Translations under genes and position numbers: made by a program
DNA from: an uncultured cyanobacterium
GTDB lineage: Bacteria > Cyanobacteriota > Cyanobacteriia > Cyanobacteriales > CAWCAG01
Reading direction: 5' to 3'
Assembly (NCBI GenBank): GCA_963803805.1
Contig: CAWDOD010000006.1
Coordinates: 192,001 to 256,000, forward strand
DNA: 64,000 nucleotides
Notes under the pieces: generated by a model
What the model was told of the DNA's origin: nothing
What the model saw: only the letters and a program-made list of their open reading frames with translations
The model's database searches: none
Part shown: positions 45,356 to 55,403 of the stretch, piece by piece
Position numbering within the stretch: the stretch's first letter is position 1
How the letters are laid out: every line of letters starts with the position of its first letter

Positions 45356-45610
45356 TTGCTTTCCATACCAACCAACCAAAAGGTGATTGATATGATACCC
45401 CCAATAACTCCTATTTTCTTGATACTGACTGCTCTGGGGAGTATTCTTTGGTATCAGCGCACTCCTCACGAAATTTATCGCGTTCTGGCCACTGTATTAG
45501 TAGTAGTTTGCTTAATTTGGGGTTTTGCGATCGCTCATTGGTCAATTCAACTATTAGGTCTATTTCTACTGTTTAAATTTAATTGGCTTTCCACAAAATT
45601 GGGCATTTAA
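45356..45610 (+). CDS. Small membrane protein (likely start ATG 45392)
   Basis: Two to three hydrophobic helices; CLIWGFAIAHWSI. Confidence 0.6.
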   Translation: MLSIPTNQKVIDMIPPITPIFLILTALGSILWYQRTPHEIYRVLATVLVVVCLIWGFAIAHWSIQLLGLFLLFKFNWLSTKLGI

Positions 45611-45780
45611 AGTCACTCAAGACTGCAAGCTTTTCTAAAAAAGAGTAGCGACTGGTTTATAATCTAGGCTAACTTTGGATGTGCGCGCATATCCTTCGAC
45701 TCATTAATTAAGTTGTGATCACCTTAAACTATACTTAAATTGATGACTTGCCTAGCTTATAATCCCAGGAGGAATCGCCC

Positions 45781-47040
45781 TTGTCTCGCCGCTACTTATT
45801 CACTTCTGAGTCAGTTACAGAAGGTCATCCTGATAAAATCTGTGATCAAATCTCTGATGCTATCTTAGATGCTCTGCTTACTCAGGATGAAGCCAGTCGC
45901 GTTGCTGCTGAAGTTGTAGTTAACACTGGTTTAGTACTAATTACTGGAGAAATCTCCTCCCAAGCCAGGGTTAATTATGTCAATATAGCTCGGCAAAAAA
46001 TTGCGGAAATTGGCTACACAGACGCTAAAAACTGCTTTTCTGCCGATAGTTGTTCTGTATTAGTTGCCTTAGATGAACAGTCTCCAGATATTGCTCAAGG
46101 TGTCACCACAGCCCAAGAACAACGCCAAGCAATGAGTAATGATGAACTCGATCAAATTGGTGCTGGAGATCAGGGTTTAATGTTTGGTTTTGCTTGTGAC
46201 GAAACCCCGGAGTTAATGCCTTTGCCCATTAGTTTGGCACACCATATTTCTCGACGTTTAGCAACAGTACGCAAAGCCGGAAAATTACCTTACCTAGGGC
46301 CAGATGGTAAAACTCAAGTGAGTGTGATTTACGAAGATGGCAAACCTGTGGGTATTGATACTATCTTAATTTCCACTCAACATTCAGAAACCATTGGGGA
46401 AATCAGTGATGGTGCTGCGGTACAGAAGAAAATCAAAACTGATTTGTGGGAAGCCGTAGTACAGCCAGTTTTTGCGGAGTTAGAAATCAAACCAGATCAA
46501 GGAACCCGTTTCTTAGTTAATCCTACCGGAAAATTTGTTATTGGTGGTCCTCAAGGGGACTCTGGTTTAACAGGAAGAAAAATTATTGTTGATACCTATG
46601 GTGGCTATTCTCGCCATGGTGGGGGAGCTTTTTCGGGTAAAGATCCTACTAAAGTGGATCGTTCTGCTGCCTATGCCGCGCGGTATGTTGCCAAGAATGT
46701 TGTGGCTGCGGGGTTAGCCCAGAAGTGTGAAGTTCAGCTTAGTTATGCCATTGGTGTTGCCCGTCCGGTTAGTATTTTAGTCGAAACTTTTGGTACAGGG
46801 AAAGTAGAAGAAGAAGTACTTTTAGATTTAGTTCAGAAGCATTTTGAATTACGTCCAGCAGGGATTATTCAAGCTTTTAATCTACGTCGCTTACCCGCAG
46901 AAAGAGGTGGCCATTTCTACCAAGATATAGCAGCTTATGGGCATTTAGGTCGGGAAGATCTAGATTTGCCTTGGGAACGCACAGATAAAGCTGAGGTGTT
47001 GAAAAAAGCTTTAGTTCAAACCACAGCAGTGGGAGTTTAG
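45781..47040 (+). CDS. metK: S-adenosylmethionine synthetase
   Basis: [19 protein letters not shown] and [25 protein letters not shown] before the TTG start. Confidence 0.98.
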   Translation: MSRRYLFTSESVTEGHPDKICDQISDAILDALLTQDEASRVAAEVVVNTGLVLITGEISSQARVNYVNIARQKIAEIGYTDAKNCFSADSCSVLVALDEQSPDIAQGVTTAQEQRQAMSNDELDQIGAGDQGLMFGFACDETPELMPLPISLAHHISRRLATVRKAGKLPYLGPDGKTQVSVIYEDGKPVGIDTILISTQHSETIGEISDGAAVQKKIKTDLWEAVVQPVFAELEIKPDQGTRFLVNPTGKFVIGGPQGDSGLTGRKIIVDTYGGYSRHGGGAFSGKDPTKVDRSAAYAARYVAKNVVAAGLAQKCEVQLSYAIGVARPVSILVETFGTGKVEEEVLLDLVQKHFELRPAGIIQAFNLRRLPAERGGHFYQDIAAYGHLGREDLDLPWERTDKAEVLKKALVQTTAVGV

Positions 47041-47143
47041 AAGAAGTAATAAGTAATGGGTGATGGGTAATGGGTAAGCTGTTACAAGCTTAAACAGCTT
47101 ATTATGGCATTAGTTAAACAAACGGTTACTCTTGCCTGCTCCC

Positions 47144-47764
47144 TTAACTTTTCTTGGCTATTCCTTTGTAGGTATAACCTGCAATTTCCGGAGAACTTTT
47201 TTCGAGAAATTCTTCTACTTGAACTGCATCAAAATGATTTTCTACTAACAGCTTAATGTTACGGTTGAGATTACAGCCATCGCCAACAATTTTTTGTAGG
47301 GGATTCAGGCGATTTTGCCAGACTTGGACTTGGGGTTGATTACTTAATCCGTGTTCAATGAAGAAGAACCTTCCCCCTGGTTTCAAGACGCGATAAATTT
47401 CTTTTAAAGCCTTGTCTATATTAACGATGCTGCATAATGTCCAAGTACTGACAATACTATCGAAAGTATTATTTTCCATGGGCAAAGATTCACCATTAAG
47501 AACATAATGTTCCACTTTTAAAGGGGAAGCTTGGATGCGTTTTCGGGCTAATTTGTTCATGCCAGAGTTGGCATCAATAGTAGTTATTTTTTCTACCTTA
47601 TCGGAATAATAAGGAAGATTTAAACCAGTTCCAAAGCCAATTTCTAAAACTTTCCCTTGTACATCAGCTAAAAGTTCCTGGCGGTATGTTGCTAATTCTT
47701 GACCAGACATAACCACATCTAATAAGCGAGGAAAAATTACTTTTGAATATAAACCCATAATCAA
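47144..47764 (-). CDS. Class I SAM-dependent methyltransferase
   Basis: VLEIGFGTGLN, TLCSI and RVLKPGG motifs. Confidence 0.92.
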   Translation of the reverse strand: MIMGLYSKVIFPRLLDVVMSGQELATYRQELLADVQGKVLEIGFGTGLNLPYYSDKVEKITTIDANSGMNKLARKRIQASPLKVEHYVLNGESLPMENNTFDSIVSTWTLCSIVNIDKALKEIYRVLKPGGRFFFIEHGLSNQPQVQVWQNRLNPLQKIVGDGCNLNRNIKLLVENHFDAVQVEEFLEKSSPEIAGYTYKGIAKKS

Positions 47765-47771
47765 TTATTAA

Positions 47772-48239
47772 TTACTTACCCAACTTTCCTCTCACTAAAT
47801 CCTGAATCTTCTTGCCATCAGCTTTTCCCTTAACCTGGGGCATAATCTTACCCATGACTTTACCCATATCTTTAGGAGAGGTTGCTTTAACCTCAGCGAT
47901 CGCACCATCAATAATTGTGGTTAATTCTGCTTCAGAAAGTTGCTGAGGTAAATAAGTTTCAATAATGGCCAATTCTTGGGCTTCAACCTCAGCAAGATCC
48001 TCTCTTCCTCCTTGGGTATACTGCTCAATAGAATCCCGACGTTGTTTGGCTTGTTGCGCCAAAAGTTCTAATTCCTGGGTTTCGTTAAGACTATCTTGCC
48101 CTTGAGGACGTAAGCTAACTTCTTTATCCAATAAAGCTTTTTTGATACTGCGAACCGTTTGTAAACGAATTTTATCCTTCGCTTTCATCGCAGTTTTGAT
48201 ATCTTCACCAATACGATCTTTCAAACTCATAACAGCCAA
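47772..48239 (-). CDS. GatB/YqeY domain protein
   Basis: DIKTAMKAKD, KQRRDSIEQY, YLPQQLS and DMGKVMG. Confidence 0.93.
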   Translation of the reverse strand: MAVMSLKDRIGEDIKTAMKAKDKIRLQTVRSIKKALLDKEVSLRPQGQDSLNETQELELLAQQAKQRRDSIEQYTQGGREDLAEVEAQELAIIETYLPQQLSEAELTTIIDGAIAEVKATSPKDMGKVMGKIMPQVKGKADGKKIQDLVRGKLGK

Positions 48240-48360
48240 ATATCCCTTTATTATTCACTCTCGTAAATCCTAGCTTAATTGACAACTGACTCATCAATCA
48301 TTGATCATTGTATGGCTTGCCGTTGCCGCAGGCATTATTGATAACTGACTAACTGAAAAA

Positions 48361-49287
48361 ATGCGTATTCTCATCATGGGTGGAACCCGGTTTATCGGAG
48401 TCTACTTAACAAAAATTTTAGTAGAACAGGGTCACGAGGTGGTTTTATTTAACCGGGGGAATAAACCTGCACCCACCGAAGGAATACAACAAATTCATGG
48501 CGATCGCCAAGATTCTCAGCAGTTAAAAGATAAATTAGCCGGGGAAAGTTTCGATGCTATTTTTGATAATAATGGTCGAGAATTGAGTGATACTCAACCT
48601 TTAGTCGAGTTATTCAAAGACAAAGTTAAGCATTTTGTTTATGTAAGTTCAGCCGGAGTTTATCAAAAATCTGACCAGATGCCCCATATAGAAGGGGATG
48701 CTGTTGATCCTAATAGTCGCCACAAAGGGAAACATCACACCGAAGCTTATTTAAAAGAAGCTGGCATACCTTGGACTTCTATTCGCCCAGTTTATATTTA
48801 TGGGCCAGAAAATTATAACCCCGTAGAAAGTTGGTTTTTCCATCGCCTGGTTCGAGATCGCCCCATACCGATTCCTGGTAACGGTATGCACATTACCCAA
48901 TTAGGTCATGTGGCAGATTTAGCTAATGCCATGGCTTCTGTATTAGGAAACGAAAAAGCTATTGGTCAAATTTATAATATCTCCGGCGATCGCTATATTA
49001 CCTTTGATGGTTTAGCTAAAAGTTGTGCTGAAGCTATGGGCAAATCTCCAGAAGAGATTAAATTAGTTCATTACAACCCCAAAGATTTTGATTTCGGCAA
49101 GCGCAAAGCTTTCCCCCTAAGATTGCAACATTTTTTCACTGCAATTGATAAAGCGAAAACAGAGTTATCTTGGCAACCAGAGTTCGATTTACTTTCTGGC
49201 TTAAAAGACTCTTTTCGCAACGACTTCCAAGCCAACAACCAAGCCCAAGCAGAAGTAGACTTTTCTACTGATGACGAGATAGTGTAG
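48361..49287 (+). CDS. NAD-dependent epimerase/dehydratase family, CSP41b-like RNA-binding protein
   Basis: MGGTRFIG, FDNNGRE, SSAGVY, DPNSRHKGK and KAFPLR motifs. Confidence 0.88.
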   Translation: MRILIMGGTRFIGVYLTKILVEQGHEVVLFNRGNKPAPTEGIQQIHGDRQDSQQLKDKLAGESFDAIFDNNGRELSDTQPLVELFKDKVKHFVYVSSAGVYQKSDQMPHIEGDAVDPNSRHKGKHHTEAYLKEAGIPWTSIRPVYIYGPENYNPVESWFFHRLVRDRPIPIPGNGMHITQLGHVADLANAMASVLGNEKAIGQIYNISGDRYITFDGLAKSCAEAMGKSPEEIKLVHYNPKDFDFGKRKAFPLRLQHFFTAIDKAKTELSWQPEFDLLSGLKDSFRNDFQANNQAQAEVDFSTDDEIV

Positions 49288-49354
49288 CCGTTATTATTAA
49301 TAAGCACCAGAGAAAACCTCTCAAATAATCACTGATAATTGATATCATTGAGTT

Positions 49355-50017
49355 ATGTTTACTCAATTCCGTACTCGCTATCCCCAAGGCAGCCTGATCA
49401 GTGAATTTGTCACTGTTGATCGGGGACAGTATATAGTAAGAGCTTTAATTCAAGATAAAGGTATCACTTTAGCTAGCGGCTTAGCTGCTGCTGAAACCAT
49501 AGAAAAAGCTGAAGATCAAGCCAGAGAAAGGGCTTTTACTGCCCTTGGTATTAGCTTTGCTCCTTCAACTTCAACAAGCAACTTTGAGCCTAACCAACAA
49601 ATTCCTGTAAGCCAGCCCCAAACCAACTTCTCAGCCCCAACTCCAACTCCCACCAAGGCAGCGAAAGTTGAGAATTTTGCTTTTCATAATACCAACTCCC
49701 AATCGACAATCCCTGAACCAATTAGTTCAGAACCAATTCTGGAAACTCCTGATTTTTCTGTAGCAACCGAAACATTACCAGAAAAAGAAAGTTTACCTCC
49801 AACCCCTCTACCTCAAGAAGTAGTTACCAAACCAGTAGCCCTCAACCCTGTTGATATGTCAGATGTGATTATTCAAACTGACATTGAAATGAAACGTTTA
49901 GGTTGGGGAAAAAAGGAAGGAGTAGATCATTTACTACAAACCTACGGTAAGCGAACTCGAACTTCTTTAACAGATCAAGAATTGAAAGAGTTTCTGCAAT
50001 ATTTACAATCTCAATAA
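49355..50017 (+). CDS. Conserved cyanobacterial hypothetical protein (two domains, Pro-rich linker)
   Basis: FR.RYPQGSLISE...IE.AED.AR.RA N-domain; TD.EMKRLGW...L..TYGKR.R..L.D.EL.EFL.YL C-domain. Confidence 0.8.
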   Translation: MFTQFRTRYPQGSLISEFVTVDRGQYIVRALIQDKGITLASGLAAAETIEKAEDQARERAFTALGISFAPSTSTSNFEPNQQIPVSQPQTNFSAPTPTPTKAAKVENFAFHNTNSQSTIPEPISSEPILETPDFSVATETLPEKESLPPTPLPQEVVTKPVALNPVDMSDVIIQTDIEMKRLGWGKKEGVDHLLQTYGKRTRTSLTDQELKEFLQYLQSQ

Positions 50018-50094
50018 GGCTTATGCCGTTAAACTTTGAAGTCAACAGTTTTAGCTATCGGAAACAGGGAACAGCCAGCAGAAAAGAGCTACAG

Positions 50095-50265
50095 CTATTT
50101 TACTTCTTCAGTAACACCTTCTAAAAAACCAATCAATCCTTTTCCCCAAGGATTTTCTTGTGCAAAGTGTTCACCAATTTTTAATGCTACAGTTTTAACA
50201 GCAAAGTTCACTAACACAGGGCAAATCTCTATCTCAATTGCAAATAAATCCTTGAATTTGTCCAC
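50095..50265 (-). CDS. Putative small protein (56 aa)
   Basis: Translated by hand from a GTG start: MDKFKDLFAIEIEICPVLVNFAVKTVALKIGEHFAQENPWGKGLIGFLEGVTEEVK*; purine-rich upstream. Confidence 0.45.
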   Translation of the reverse strand: MDKFKDLFAIEIEICPVLVNFAVKTVALKIGEHFAQENPWGKGLIGFLEGVTEEVK

Positions 50266-50457
50266 AATTCTTTCTTCACAAGCTACCTTAAAAGAAAAGT
50301 GTTAGGAGACTAAAGCTTAATGACTGGTACTGAATTATCGATGTTAGGATTACTTCTTTTCCCTGGTTTATTGCTATCGATACTGGTTATGTTCACCTTT
50401 TCTAAAGGAGGATGAGGCTTTAAGCTAAATAGGGCAGGGTTGCATCTTTATTAGGTT

Positions 50458-52239
50458 ATGGCTAAGAAAAAATTTAGGCACTTTCTCTTGCCGACTTTTG
50501 GTGCGGCTATTTTACTTGGTGGTGGCACAGCAATTTATTGGTTACTGGTGCGGCCATATTTTTTTGCAGCGCAAAAGCTTACGGGGGCAGAGTTAGTCCC
50601 CCAAGAAGTTATTTTTGCTGCCTCAATTTCCACAGATGAGGAACAATGGCAGCAATTACAACAGTTGGGAACCCCAGAAAGTCAACAGGTGATTAAGAAG
50701 CATTTTGGGGATCTTAAAAATACTTTCCTGCAATCCAATGGTTATAGCTATGAAACCCACATCCAACCTTGGGTAGGGCAAGAGATCACCATTGCCTATT
50801 TCGCAGCAACTCAATCTCCTTTAATTGTGCCGAATGCCCTTTCTTCAGAGAATTTGGGTAAGCCTATGGTGTTTATTTTACCTATGGAAAATCCAGTACA
50901 AGCAGGACAACTTTTGGATTCTCCTAACTCTGATACTGAAAGCAAAAAACTCCGCCGCACCTATAAAGGAGTGGAGATTGAAGAAATTCAAAATAGTCAA
51001 TCTCAAAAATACTCCCTGACTATTATCAAAAATTTTCTGGTTGTTGCTAATGATCCTCTAGTTATGGAAAAGGTGATTGATAGCTACCAACAAAAGACAT
51101 CTTTAGAAGCTGATTCTAGTTATCAAAAGGCTTTAAGGCAGTTGGGAAAAAAAGTTGATTTTGCTCGTTTTTATGGGCATTTCCCCGCAATATTTGAGAC
51201 GGCGGCTGCTAATTCTCTTTCTCCCCCTCCAGAATCTTCTAAGCAACATAGACAGGGAGTTACTGGTAGCTTAACTCTCACTTCAGAATCTCTGCATTGG
51301 CGAGGGATCATTTGGGGAAAACCGGGAGAATTTATGCAGCAAGTCAATTCTCCTGGAGATTATTTAACCCAATTGAGGGAAAAGAGTTTAGCTTCCCGCT
51401 TACCTAAACAGACTTTGTTTTTCTTCTCAGGTAATAATCTGCCTGCACAATGGCAAGGTTGGGGTAGTGAGGCAGATTTGTTACCCCTTTTACCTGTCGG
51501 TGCAAATACTATCTCTAATTTTATCAACGAAAATACCGGGATGAGTTGGCAAGAAGATTTCCTCCCTTGGTTAGGAAAGGATTTCGCTTTAGCATTGACT
51601 CCTATTTCTGAAGATAGCTTAATTAATTTTACTGATAGCGGGGCTGTAGAATTGGGGGCGGCTTTAGTTACTGTTGCTCAAATTGAGGATCGTTCCCGTG
51701 GTGAAGTAGCCCTAAAAAAGTTGGATGAAGCAATGGGTGAAAGATCTCAGTTTCAGGTTAAATCTGCTCAACAAGCAGGGCAATCTGTGGTTAATTGGCA
51801 ATCACCTTTAGGAGGTGTGGAAGCAGTACATGGCTTGCTACCACAAGATATATTTTTCTTTTCTTTAGGCGCTCCTATTAGTAATAAAATCTTACCAAAA
51901 CCTCAGCCTAATTTACTGTCGAATAAGTTTTTTCAGCAAGTAGTAAAAAAAGGGGTTGCCCCTGTTAATAGTGAGTTATTTTTTGATGTCGAAAACTTTC
52001 TGGCTCAAAAAGGAACTTTAGCTTTCCCAGAAGGGCAAAAGAATTTACTTGAAGCTATTCGTGCTTTTGGTGTCACAACAACGGTTGTAGATGCTCAAAA
52101 TACTCGCTTTGAAGCAATTTTCTTATTACAAAATATCTCTCCTAAACCTAATCTTCCTAATTCATCAGAAGAGGATTCTGAACCAAAAAGTTCTCCTTTT
52201 CTTGAGGGTTCTCCTGTTGATAACAATTCTCGAAAATGA
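50458..52239 (+). CDS. DUF3352 domain protein
   Basis: N-terminal TM helix; QW..L..LGTPESQ, IQPWVGQEITIA, YKGVEI and W..DFLPWLG. Confidence 0.8.
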   Translation: MAKKKFRHFLLPTFGAAILLGGGTAIYWLLVRPYFFAAQKLTGAELVPQEVIFAASISTDEEQWQQLQQLGTPESQQVIKKHFGDLKNTFLQSNGYSYETHIQPWVGQEITIAYFAATQSPLIVPNALSSENLGKPMVFILPMENPVQAGQLLDSPNSDTESKKLRRTYKGVEIEEIQNSQSQKYSLTIIKNFLVVANDPLVMEKVIDSYQQKTSLEADSSYQKALRQLGKKVDFARFYGHFPAIFETAAANSLSPPPESSKQHRQGVTGSLTLTSESLHWRGIIWGKPGEFMQQVNSPGDYLTQLREKSLASRLPKQTLFFFSGNNLPAQWQGWGSEADLLPLLPVGANTISNFINENTGMSWQEDFLPWLGKDFALALTPISEDSLINFTDSGAVELGAALVTVAQIEDRSRGEVALKKLDEAMGERSQFQVKSAQQAGQSVVNWQSPLGGVEAVHGLLPQDIFFFSLGAPISNKILPKPQPNLLSNKFFQQVVKKGVAPVNSELFFDVENFLAQKGTLAFPEGQKNLLEAIRAFGVTTTVVDAQNTRFEAIFLLQNISPKPNLPNSSEEDSEPKSSPFLEGSPVDNNSRK

Positions 52240-52561
52240 TGACAGATTAATTCCTGTAGAAACTGGGTTACAAAAGTATATATTGATTAAGTAATATCAC
52301 CACCCCAGTTGAGCTGATTTGACTATTTGCGATCGCTCCCAGTTCAACTAAAAATTCTGCTAGCCCAAATTCTCCAGTCTGGTTAATTGTTGGCTATGAA
52401 AACTTTAGTTTTAGCTCTTAGTCATTTATACTTGATACGAAAATGATTCTACTTTTTAGGGACATCTTAAATTTATTCTAAGGGCGATTCTCCAAGGTCA
52501 ACCATTCTCCTTCAAAGAGGCTTTGCAAACGTGATCGCCCTTTAATTATCTCACTGTAGCT

Positions 52562-55303
52562 TTGATGAATAAAATCTTCCCAAAATTATCCCTAGTTGGT
52601 AGTTTAGCATTGAATTGTTTAGGTTTGAGCTTTCAAGTTCAAGCTCAAATAACCCCAGATTCTACAGTTGGCACTCTTGTTAATAGTAGCAACGGTACTC
52701 CCTGTGTAGCTGCTATCTGCGCCATTACAGGGGGAAATCTCCAAGGTTCCAACCTCTTCCATAGCTTCAGGGACTTTTCCCTAGTCGGAGGCAATACAGT
52801 CCAATTTAATAATGGTGCTGTAACCAATACTTTTGTCCGAGTTACGGGGGGACAAATTTCTAACCTTGATGGCATAATTAATGCTAGCAATACTACCAAT
52901 TTATATTTACTTAACCCCAACGGTATTACCTTTGGCAGCAACGCCCAACTAAATATTAGTGGTTCTTTCTTTGCTAGTACCGCAGACAGAGTAACCTTCA
53001 CCGATAATAGTTTTTTCAGCGCTACAGATACTAGCAATTCTGCCCTATTAACGGTAACTGCCCCAGTTGGTTTGCAGATATTTGCTAATCCTGGGGCTAT
53101 CATTAATCGTTCTACAACTGGGTTAGCTGTTAATCCAGGTCAAAATATTACCTTGATTGGCGGTGATATTAGTTTAGAAGGAAGTAACTTGATTGCTCCA
53201 GGAGGGAAGGTACAATTAGTAAGTACCAGCAACAGCACTTTTAACCTCAACTCTATAGGGGCTGTTCCTAACCCTGGAAAAATCAGCTTAACTTCTGGTG
53301 CAACGGTTAACACTAGTGGTTTGGCAGGAGGAAAAATAACCCTCCAAGGTGGGGCTATTAATCTGGATCAAGCATCTAGTTTAATCTCTGACACCTTCGG
53401 TAATTTACCCGGTGCAGGTATTGATATTCAAGCCACAGAATTTAAGCTAGAAGACCGTTCTTACCTTTCCTCCTCAACGTTTTTAGGTAATGCCAAGGCC
53501 GGGGATATTAACATCAATTCTTCAGTGGTAGAACTCAACGGAGCTGCCCCTAATGGCCTTAAAGATGAAATTAGATTAGGTACTTTTAATCCTTTAGCAC
53601 TGCGAGATGGCTTGTATAGCTTTAGTGCAGGAGGCGGTGCTGCGGGCAAGGTTAAGATTACCGCAAACCGATTACTATCTAAGGGTGGTGCAGCTATCCT
53701 CACAACTGCTTTTGCTAATGGTGCTGGGGGGGATATGGATTTCAACGTTACCGGATTAGCAGAAATTGATGAAGGTTCTATTTTCCTGGCTGGCACGGCT
53801 GGGGTAGGGGCTTCGGGGGTCTTTGAATTCACAGCAGGGCAGTTGCGCTTGCTTAACGGCTCAGTTTTCAGTACCACCCCTAACCAAATTAGTTCCGGCA
53901 AGGGTGGGGATATGACTATTAATGCAGGAAGCGTCGAAATTAGGGGAACGCCTGCCAATGCAACTGCTCCCGTAGGCTTGTTTACCACCACCCTTGGCGG
54001 AGGAGCCGCAGGTAACTTAAAAATTACAACAGGACAGCTTGTAGTAGCTGAAGGAGGGCAACTTTCCTCTGCCACATCCGGGGCAGCTAAAGGTGGCAAT
54101 CTTGATGTTATTGCGGATGTGGTTGATCTAAGGGGTATTTCACCAGATGGCATATTTTTGAGTGGTTTGTTCGCTTCTTCCTCTCTACTCACTGTGGGAG
54201 GACAACCGGGTAATGCCGCCGCAGGGAATCTTACTATTAATAGTAAACGAGTTAGTGTGAGGGATGGGGCGCAAATTTCTGTGGCAACAGGGGGAAGCAA
54301 CCCAGCAGGGAGCATCTCCATTAAGGCTTCAGAATCAGTTGAAGTGTCAGGGTTTGCCACAGGAGTAAATCCTTTTGTCGAAGCAGTTTCTTTTGGTGTC
54401 TTGGGTGATGGCATTGTCCCTAGTGCCATTGATTCTAATACCAGTGGTGCAGGGGCAGCCGGAAACATTGATATTCATACAAAAGATTTTAGGGTAGAAA
54501 ATGGGGCAGAAGTTGGAGTAAGAGCTACTAGTACCGGTGGGGCTGGCAACCTTAATGTCAAAGCAAGGCGCATTCTTCTTGATAATCAAGGAACTATCTC
54601 CGCAGCAACAGTTACGGGGGCAGGGGGTAACATTCGTTTAAATGCTATAGGGATTATTCTGCGGCGTAACAGTCGTATTGCAACGGATGCTGGTAATGCA
54701 GATGGAGGCAACATCATCATGGAAACCGGCGTACTTGCAGCCCTAGAAAATAGTGATATTACTGCCAATGCTCAACAAGGTAGAGGTGGTAGGGTGATTA
54801 TTACGGCTGAAGGTATTTTTGGAACAGAGTTTCGTGCTTTCTTAACTCCCCAAAGTGACATTACTGCAACCTCTGACCTCGGGCCGCAATTTAGCGGTGT
54901 GGTAGATATTACCACCTTGGGAGTTGACCCTAGTTCGGGACTTGTGGAGTTACCAGATGAAGTTGTTGATCCCACCGAACAAATTGCTGTTGGTTGTGCT
55001 ACCTCTGCTGAAAGTCGCTTTATCATCACAGGTAGAGGGGGTTTGCCAGAAGATGCAGCAGGAACTATTCGAGGGGAAACTATATGGCAAGATTTACAAG
55101 ATTTTTCTGGGGAAGAACAACTTAGCAACACTGTGCAGCCTCCCCAGGCAAATAATTCTTCTTCAACTACCGAACCTTTACCTGTTCAAGCAACAGGCTG
55201 GGTAGTTAATGAATCAGGAAATCTAGAATTAGTGGCGCATCTATCAGAAGCCGGTATTCAGGGATCATGGGCTGATGTACCGGAGTGTGGGGTGGGAAGT
55301 TAA
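52562..55303 (+). CDS. Filamentous-haemagglutinin N-terminal domain (TpsA-like) exoprotein
   Basis: AQITPD, NLFHSF, RVTGG and NPNGI.FG TPS domain; beta-helix repeats; C-terminal C...F..TGRGGLP...ATGW module. Confidence 0.92.
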   Translation: MMNKIFPKLSLVGSLALNCLGLSFQVQAQITPDSTVGTLVNSSNGTPCVAAICAITGGNLQGSNLFHSFRDFSLVGGNTVQFNNGAVTNTFVRVTGGQISNLDGIINASNTTNLYLLNPNGITFGSNAQLNISGSFFASTADRVTFTDNSFFSATDTSNSALLTVTAPVGLQIFANPGAIINRSTTGLAVNPGQNITLIGGDISLEGSNLIAPGGKVQLVSTSNSTFNLNSIGAVPNPGKISLTSGATVNTSGLAGGKITLQGGAINLDQASSLISDTFGNLPGAGIDIQATEFKLEDRSYLSSSTFLGNAKAGDININSSVVELNGAAPNGLKDEIRLGTFNPLALRDGLYSFSAGGGAAGKVKITANRLLSKGGAAILTTAFANGAGGDMDFNVTGLAEIDEGSIFLAGTAGVGASGVFEFTAGQLRLLNGSVFSTTPNQISSGKGGDMTINAGSVEIRGTPANATAPVGLFTTTLGGGAAGNLKITTGQLVVAEGGQLSSATSGAAKGGNLDVIADVVDLRGISPDGIFLSGLFASSSLLTVGGQPGNAAAGNLTINSKRVSVRDGAQISVATGGSNPAGSISIKASESVEVSGFATGVNPFVEAVSFGVLGDGIVPSAIDSNTSGAGAAGNIDIHTKDFRVENGAEVGVRATSTGGAGNLNVKARRILLDNQGTISAATVTGAGGNIRLNAIGIILRRNSRIATDAGNADGGNIIMETGVLAALENSDITANAQQGRGGRVIITAEGIFGTEFRAFLTPQSDITATSDLGPQFSGVVDITTLGVDPSSGLVELPDEVVDPTEQIAVGCATSAESRFIITGRGGLPEDAAGTIRGETIWQDLQDFSGEEQLSNTVQPPQANNSSSTTEPLPVQATGWVVNESGNLELVAHLSEAGIQGSWADVPECGVGS

Positions 55304-55310
55304 GTAAATA

Positions 55311-55336
55311 GGTAATGGGTAATGGGTAATGGGTAA
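55311..55336. repeat. STRR heptamer repeat (GGTAATG)n
   Basis: GGTAATG x3 plus a partial unit; similar runs near 4921, 10985, 19750, 27630, 47050 and 62020. Confidence 0.8.
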
Positions 55337-55403
55337 ATCTACGCTGTTCCCAGCTTCCTGCTCCCTTCTGCATAGAAAACTTTAAGCAAATTGGATTAAT
55401 ATA

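Noticed and set aside
50036-50305. 89-aa plus-strand ORF
   Set aside because: Ser/Thr/Lys-rich antisense shadow of the more plausible minus-strand ORF
53461-54468. 335-aa minus-strand ORF and other antisense ORFs within large genes
   Set aside because: Antisense shadows of Gly-rich or otherwise well-supported genes
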